A DNA stretch of 17,789 bases from the NCBI GenBank assembly GCA_037128175.1, contig JBAXWY010000053.1, positions 1 to 17,789 on the forward strand, written 5' to 3'. The position numbers and the translations under genes were made by a program. Of the stretch, positions 9,451 through 14,766 are shown piece after piece. This DNA is from Methanothrix sp. GTDB lineage: Archaea; Halobacteriota; Methanosarcinia; Methanotrichales; Methanotrichaceae. The notes under the pieces are model-generated. The model searched no databases and was not told the DNA's origin. It saw only the letters and a list, made by a program, of their open reading frames with translations. Position 1 is the first letter of the stretch. Each line of letters begins with the position of its first letter.

Positions 9451-9503
9451 GGTGCAGTTGGATCGGACCCTCCATTGGAAGATCCTTCCTGGCCTCTGAA
9501 CAA
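9276..9503 (-). CDS. Single-domain TRAM protein, tandem paralogue (75 aa)
   Basis: Same TRAM core. The likely start is TTG at 9503 (MFRGQEGSS...) preceded by a GGTGA SD, not 9620. Confidence 0.92.
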   Translation of the reverse strand: MFRGQEGSSNGGSDPTAPIEVGKEYEVNIEDIAREGDGIARVEGFVIFVADTKVGDAVKIQIDKVMRRFAIGHKI

Positions 9504-9567
9504 ATCTTCACCATCCTTTGCGATAAGCCACAAAATGCTTTTCGCGATCAGCTCCCTCGTTATACGA

Positions 9568-9584
9568 CTATTAAATCCTTTTGC
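9568..9584 (-). promoter_or_regulatory. BRE/TATA promoter for the TRAM pair
   Basis: Minus strand reads CAAAAGGA-TTTAATAG (TATA at 9575-9568), implying a TSS near 9545-9550. Confidence 0.55.
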
Positions 9585-9652
9585 TCCATCATGATAATCC
9601 ATTTGCTCCCCGAAGGCCAATTTATTTCTGCTAGGATGTCGCTCTTCTGTAT

Positions 9653-10549
9653 ATGGACTACCTGGATAGATACAGGGAAATCGTGCCGGATTATGATGCC
9701 TTCCAGGCTATTCAATGCCTGCCACTCTACAACTCCGCACGCATCAATACACTGAAGATAAAGAGGGAAAAGCTCCTGGAAAGGCTGGAAGAAGAGGGCG
9801 TGCTCTTTCAGAGCTTCCCCTGGTATCCTCTGGGCCTGAAGCTGGACATAGAGAGCCCCGGCAAGCTGCTGGAAAACCTCCAGGGGTTCATTCACATCCA
9901 GGAGGAGCTGTCCATGGTCCCACCCCTGGTGCTCGACCCACAGCCCGGTGAAAGCATCCTGGACCTGTGTGCCTCTCCCGGCAGCAAGACCACCCAGATC
10001 TCGCAGATGATGGATAATCGGGGCCTGGTAATCGCCAATGAGCCCTCCTTAGCCCGAGTCTCCCCTCTGCGCTCGAACTGCGAACGACTGGGGGTTATCA
10101 ACGTCGCCATCACCCGCTATGACGGTCGCAATTTTCCCCGTGGCCCCTTCGACAGGGTCCTGGTAGACGCCCCCTGCTCCAGCGAGGGCCGGGAAAGAAG
10201 AGGGCCGGGGGTCTTATCCAGATGCAGCCCTGAAAGATCACTGGATTTGGGGGTACTGCAGATCGGCCTTCTAAAAAACGCCCTGCGCCTGACCAAGCCA
10301 GGTGGGGTCGTGGTATACTCCACCTGTACCTATGCCCCGGAAGAAAACGAGTTGGTGGTGCAGGAGGCACTGGGTGAAGCGGAGGAGTACCGGCTGGAGA
10401 AGGTCTACATTCCCGGCCTTTTGGAATGTCCGGGAATAACAGAGTGGAACGGCAAAAGACTAAACGATGAATTAGCGTGCACCGCCCGCTACTACCCCCA
10501 TATCAACGACACGGGAGGTTTTTATGTCGCCAAGATCATCAAGAATTAG
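9653..10549 (+). CDS. RsmB/RsmF/NOP2/NSUN-family RNA (cytosine-C5) methyltransferase
   Basis: [17 protein letters not shown] (SAM binding), DAPCS (motif IV), [12 protein letters not shown] (motif VI), [10 protein letters not shown]. Confidence 0.95.
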   Translation: MDYLDRYREIVPDYDAFQAIQCLPLYNSARINTLKIKREKLLERLEEEGVLFQSFPWYPLGLKLDIESPGKLLENLQGFIHIQEELSMVPPLVLDPQPGESILDLCASPGSKTTQISQMMDNRGLVIANEPSLARVSPLRSNCERLGVINVAITRYDGRNFPRGPFDRVLVDAPCSSEGRERRGPGVLSRCSPERSLDLGVLQIGLLKNALRLTKPGGVVVYSTCTYAPEENELVVQEALGEAEEYRLEKVYIPGLLECPGITEWNGKRLNDELACTARYYPHINDTGGFYVAKIIKN

Positions 10550-11009
10550 GAACATATTCGAGCCGCTGGACCTGTCTATCATAGCGAAGCTGTGGCAAGA
10601 CCGGTTCGGCATTCCTGAAAACGCATTTGAGGGCTGCAAATTTTTCCGGAAAGCTAGAAGCATCTGGGTCATTAGCGATGTCGATCTTCCCCGGCTAAGC
10701 TACGAGACCATTGGAATGCGCATCATGAGCTGCAAAGACCGCCCCTGGAAGCCTACCACCTCTGCACTACAGATCTATGGCCGATATGCCGCCAAAAACC
10801 TTATTCATCTGAACCGGGAAGAGGCCATGATCTTTCTGGAAGGAGGCAGCCAGGTTTTCGAATCGGACTGTGAGCCCGGCTATGTGGTGGTATTTTATAG
10901 AGGGGATGTGCTTGGGTGCGGTCTGTACTCACATGGCAAGCTTGTTTCCCAGATTCCCAAAGAACGAAGAATGGCAAGCACGGTCGAGAGCGAGGCCTGC
11001 CCGGATTGA
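10524..11009 (+). CDS. RsmF C-terminal-like / PUA-NIP7-like RNA-binding partner of the methyltransferase
   Basis: Overlaps the methyltransferase stop; RFGIP, KPTTSALQIYG, GYVVVFYRGDVLGCG and LVSQIPK resemble the RsmF C-terminal domains. Start uncertain. Confidence 0.75.
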   Translation: MSPRSSRIRNIFEPLDLSIIAKLWQDRFGIPENAFEGCKFFRKARSIWVISDVDLPRLSYETIGMRIMSCKDRPWKPTTSALQIYGRYAAKNLIHLNREEAMIFLEGGSQVFESDCEPGYVVVFYRGDVLGCGLYSHGKLVSQIPKERRMASTVESEACPD

Positions 11010-11039
11010 GAGCGGCCCGAATGTGAGGATTGGGGGAGC

Positions 11040-12125
11040 GTGAAAATCCTGATGATCTCAGACGTCTCGGTGATTGAGGAAAACGTTTCATCTCTTGAAG
11101 AGCCATATTCCGATCAAGAATATTGTAATCAAGACGCGCTGAAGCGGCTCTGGTCAGAGCCCATACGCCTCTTTCTCTTGTCCAATGCACTACGCCAGAA
11201 GAGCTGCCAGGATGACGTCTCTTTTGTCATAAACCGAAATATCAACTTCACCAATGAATGCACAGGCACCTGCCGGTTCTGCTCTTTCAAGCATGGTATT
11301 ATCTATTTCCTCACGTCGGAACAGATTTTAGAGCGCACCGGCGAAGCAGAGCGATTGGGTGCAACGGAGATCTGCTTGCAAGGGGGGCTTGCCCCAGAAA
11401 TGATGCTTGAGGATTACTGCAGGATCCTGGAGCTCATACACCGCGACTTTCCCAGGATGCATCTGCATGCCTACTCGCCTATGGAGGTGCTGCACATGTC
11501 CCGAAATTCTCATGTTGAGGTGAAAGAGGCCCTGCGGGAGTTAAAGAGAAGCGGTCTAGGCTCCATGCCAGGCACGGCGGCCGAGATTCTTGTCGACTCA
11601 GTACGCCAGAAGATATGCCCGGATAAGTTGAAGACAGAAGAGTGGCGGCAGATAATCATGGCGGCGCATTTGCAGGGAATTCCCACCACTTCGACCATGC
11701 TCTTTGGCCATGTGGAGAGCTTGGAAGATCGCCTGCGGCACTTGCAGATCTTAAAAGAGATTCAATTGGAAACAGGAGGTTTTACAGAGATGGTTCTGCT
11801 CCCCTTTATTCCTGATAATAATATGCTCGGCAAGATTGCCAAAGGTGCCGATCTCTTAGATCGTCTGAAGATGCATGCTCTGGCCAGGGTTGCTCTTTAT
11901 CCCAACATCACCAACATCCAGGCGAGCTGGACCAAATTGGGCCGCCAGGCCGCTGCTGCGGCTTTGGATTGGGGGGCCAACGACCTGGGAGGAACGCTCA
12001 TGGATGAAGGAATCGCCCGCAATTCCCGGGAGAAACCCAGTATCTTTGCGGCGGAGCTGATAGAGCTGATAGAAGGGCGGGGAAAGAGAGCGGTGCAGAG
12101 AACTACCCTTTACGAAAGAGTATGA
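11040..12125 (+). CDS. cofH: Radical SAM protein, CofH family (FO synthase subunit 2)
   Basis: NRNINFTNECTGTCRFCSF (CxxxCxxC), EICLQGG, HAYSPME, SMPGTAAEIL, HVE, ETGGFTE, NIQASW, GANDLGGTL. Confidence 0.88.
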   Translation: MKILMISDVSVIEENVSSLEEPYSDQEYCNQDALKRLWSEPIRLFLLSNALRQKSCQDDVSFVINRNINFTNECTGTCRFCSFKHGIIYFLTSEQILERTGEAERLGATEICLQGGLAPEMMLEDYCRILELIHRDFPRMHLHAYSPMEVLHMSRNSHVEVKEALRELKRSGLGSMPGTAAEILVDSVRQKICPDKLKTEEWRQIIMAAHLQGIPTTSTMLFGHVESLEDRLRHLQILKEIQLETGGFTEMVLLPFIPDNNMLGKIAKGADLLDRLKMHALARVALYPNITNIQASWTKLGRQAAAAALDWGANDLGGTLMDEGIARNSREKPSIFAAELIELIEGRGKRAVQRTTLYERV

Positions 12126-12217
12126 TCCGCAGATCTGTACGACTGGTTTTGATTTATTAATCTGACACAAAACTGCGACGATAAGCTTTACATATTTTGA
12201 CGATACATTTCCTGCTG

Positions 12218-13045
12218 GTGGAGATCATTAGAAAAATAATAGTAATCTTGTTAATCGCTTTGCAGGTTTTCGTCATCCCCTGGTCGGTGGCATCGGCCAG
12301 GGATGTTACCGTCTCGGGATCATCAACCGTGATGCCTCTGGCCGAGGTTGCGGCAGAGCAATTCAATGTGCTACAGAAGGACTATGTGGTGACGGTCTCT
12401 GCCGGGGGGACCGGTGCCGGAATTCTGGGCATTGCCGAGCGCAAGAATGACATAGCTATGGCTTCTCGTGAGGTAACCGAGGACGAAAGGCAGAGATTTG
12501 GCGACAATTTTGAGGAGTTCTTGGTCGGGCTGGACGGCATCAGCCTGGCGGTGAGCGATGATGTATACCTGGCGGGAGTGACGGGCCTCTCCCGACAGCA
12601 GGTAAAAGATATCTATTCTGGAAACATCACCAACTGGAAGGAGCTTGGCGGCCCGGATGCAGAAATTTACGTGATATCCCGAGAGGAGGGTTCCGGAACC
12701 CGCGATAGCTTCAATGAGGTAGTCCTGGGCAGCATAGATGCCGAGACGCCGGGCGTTGATACCGTGGCCTTTGGCGGGGCCGAGGTCAAGACGGCCATAT
12801 CGGGAAGCGATAAGGCGATAGGCTATCTGGGTTTCAACTATTTGGGGGGCGACGTTGCAGGTATAGCCTTTAACGGAGTCGCACCGAGCTACGATAACAT
12901 AAAATTGGATCTCTATGAGTTGCACCGGCATCTCTACTTCTACACCTTCGGAAAGCCTACGGACGGTGCACAAGCATTCATAGATTTCGTGCAAGGGCGC
13001 GAGGGCCAGAAGATGGCAGCGGAAGAGGGTTTTATACCAGTTTGA
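12218..13045 (+). CDS. pstS: Phosphate ABC transporter substrate-binding protein (PstS family), copy 1
   Basis: Signal peptide RKIIVILLIALQVFVIPWSVASA; GSSTV, GGTGAG, DIAMASR, ITNWKELGG, REEGSGTR. Start uncertain (TTG 12197, GTG 12218 or ATT 12227). Confidence 0.9.
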   Translation: MEIIRKIIVILLIALQVFVIPWSVASARDVTVSGSSTVMPLAEVAAEQFNVLQKDYVVTVSAGGTGAGILGIAERKNDIAMASREVTEDERQRFGDNFEEFLVGLDGISLAVSDDVYLAGVTGLSRQQVKDIYSGNITNWKELGGPDAEIYVISREEGSGTRDSFNEVVLGSIDAETPGVDTVAFGGAEVKTAISGSDKAIGYLGFNYLGGDVAGIAFNGVAPSYDNIKLDLYELHRHLYFYTFGKPTDGAQAFIDFVQGREGQKMAAEEGFIPV

Positions 13046-13122
13046 TCCTTTTGCCGATTCTAGGACACCTCACGTCCGGTCTGACATCAACCTTACATAA
13101 TAGTATGGCAAATCATATCTTG

Positions 13123-13956
13123 ATGAGAGCCGAAAGCATGCTATTGATATTGTTGCTGTTTTTTATCCTGGCGGGAGCGTCCAGTGAAGCCAGAGAGGTG
13201 ACGGTTGCAGTCTCGGGGTCCAGCACGGTCATGCCCATGGCAGAGCTCGCTGCCGAGGAGTTCAATATGATGCAGGACAACTACACCGTGAACGTAAAAT
13301 CAGGAGGTAGCGGCGTAGGCATCGTGGACGTAGCCGAGGGCAGATCGGATATTGCCATGAGCTCCCGAGAGATTAAACTGGAAGAGCGGCAGAGATATGA
13401 GACGCCAACAGTACGTTTTATCGAGCAGTCGGTGGGATTCGATGCCATATGTCTGGTAGTAAGTTCAGATGTGTATGATTCCGGAGTAACAACACTAACC
13501 AAAGATGAAGTTAAACAGATTTATGCCGGAGACATAACCAACTGGGAAGAGCTGGGCGGGCCGAACACGGAAATATTTGCCATTGGCAGAAGGGCGGGCT
13601 CAGGAACTAGAGACACCTTTAATGAGATCATAATGGGAAGCCGGGAGGCGGAGACTCCTGCGGTATCTTATGATGCCGGGGAGAGTTCTGAGGTCAAATT
13701 CAGTACGCAACGCAGCGACAACGCCATCGGCTATATGGGATACAGCTTCGTCATGACGGGAGACACTAAGGTGATCTCTTTGGACGGCATCCAGCCCTCG
13801 ATTGAGAGCATAAAAAGTGGCGCCTATCCGCTGGCCAGAAAGCTTTTCTTTGTCACTTTGGGTGAGCCCTCGCCCGGTGCCAAAACCTTCATAGATTATA
13901 TCCTGAGCCCTGAAGGTCAGAAGATAGCTGTGGAGAACGGGTTCATACCGATCTAA
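13123..13956 (+). CDS. pstS: Phosphate ABC transporter substrate-binding protein (PstS family), copy 2
   Basis: Hydrophobic N-terminus LLILLLFFILAG; GSSTV, GGSGVG, DIAMSSR, ITNWEELGG, GSGTR, YPLAR. The start is probably ATG 13123 or 13105 rather than 13042. Confidence 0.9.
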   Translation: MRAESMLLILLLFFILAGASSEAREVTVAVSGSSTVMPMAELAAEEFNMMQDNYTVNVKSGGSGVGIVDVAEGRSDIAMSSREIKLEERQRYETPTVRFIEQSVGFDAICLVVSSDVYDSGVTTLTKDEVKQIYAGDITNWEELGGPNTEIFAIGRRAGSGTRDTFNEIIMGSREAETPAVSYDAGESSEVKFSTQRSDNAIGYMGYSFVMTGDTKVISLDGIQPSIESIKSGAYPLARKLFFVTLGEPSPGAKTFIDYILSPEGQKIAVENGFIPI

Positions 13957-13971
13957 GATAGGCGCGATTCA

Positions 13972-13980
13972 TTTTTTTAT
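13972..13980 (+). terminator. Oligo-T terminator after pstS copy 2
   Basis: T7 run about 15 nt past the stop, in an AT-rich convergent intergenic region. Confidence 0.5.
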
Positions 13981-14042
13981 ATCGATTATTATAATTAACA
14001 AATCTACGAATACGATCACCACAAAGGCACAAAGAAGCCCTT

Positions 14043-14522
14043 TCAGCCAGGCCCATCCAGTAGCCGCAGGTAGTACACCACAGCCACCACCAGCGGCACA
14101 AACCCGGCCAGGAGAGCCCAGTAGGCCCGCTTTAGATTGCGGTGCTTGTAGCCCACAAGCTCCCGGTAGAGCTGCTCGGCTAGCTCTGGCGAGCTTAAGT
14201 TCGTCTCGTAGTTCTTCGGCGTGAAAACACGCACGGCAAAGAAGAGGCAGACCAGCCACAGGACGATGGGGCTGACAAAGAGCAGGATGCGAAGATCCGC
14301 CTCTGTACCCTGCACGGCCATGACTTTGCTTAGGTCGCTGAAGGATATGGCTGCGAAATAAATGCCCTCTACCAGGGTCACGGCTGCGATGAGCTGCTTG
14401 GCCGCCTCTTCCAGCGAGGCGACGGACTCACGGACGGCGGTGCGGGCCGTCTCCAGCCAGAACTCATCCAGCTCGGTGACGGGCTCGCCCATGGCGTCCG
14501 GTGCGCCTGCATTTTCTGGCAT
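14043..14522 (-). CDS. 3-TM membrane protein, PycTM-like putative effector
   Basis: Pattern LEEAAKQL-TM1...TM2-FTPK...K-HRNLKRA-TM3; SD GGAGG upstream; GC-rich. The family resemblance is by eye only. Confidence 0.75.
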   Translation of the reverse strand: MPENAGAPDAMGEPVTELDEFWLETARTAVRESVASLEEAAKQLIAAVTLVEGIYFAAISFSDLSKVMAVQGTEADLRILLFVSPIVLWLVCLFFAVRVFTPKNYETNLSSPELAEQLYRELVGYKHRNLKRAYWALLAGFVPLVVAVVYYLRLLDGPG

Positions 14523-14538
14523 GAATTGAAGTTCCTCC

Positions 14539-14751
14539 CTAGATCTCCCTTGTTACGATTTTCTTTAGCAGCTTTGTCACATAGAACTTGTTCCTGGTGC
14601 CACAGGATGGGCATCGCTCCACAAAGGATACGGCACCACCATCCTCCTTCTTGGCCAGCTTGCCGTCCGCCAGCAGATGAGGGCGCTCATCCCACTGAAA
14701 TATCCCGCTCGGGGCTGTGCATTTCTCATTGCAGCATTTGATTTTAAGCAT
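14539..14751 (-). CDS. Small Zn-ribbon protein (70 aa)
   Basis: IKCCNEKC...CPSCGTRN Cys pairs; SD GGGAG; 15- and 16-nt spacers to the flanking genes. Confidence 0.8.
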   Translation of the reverse strand: MLKIKCCNEKCTAPSGIFQWDERPHLLADGKLAKKEDGGAVSFVERCPSCGTRNKFYVTKLLKKIVTREI

Positions 14752-14766
14752 GATCGATCTCCCGTC

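Noticed and set aside
9504-9620. N-terminal extension of the second TRAM ORF in the track
   Set aside because: It spans the TATA box and 5' UTR; TTG 9503 has a proper SD and matches the paralogue's length.
9036-9755. 239-aa plus-strand ORF with an internal repeat
   Set aside because: Antisense shadow of the two TRAM genes; its repeat simply mirrors their duplication.
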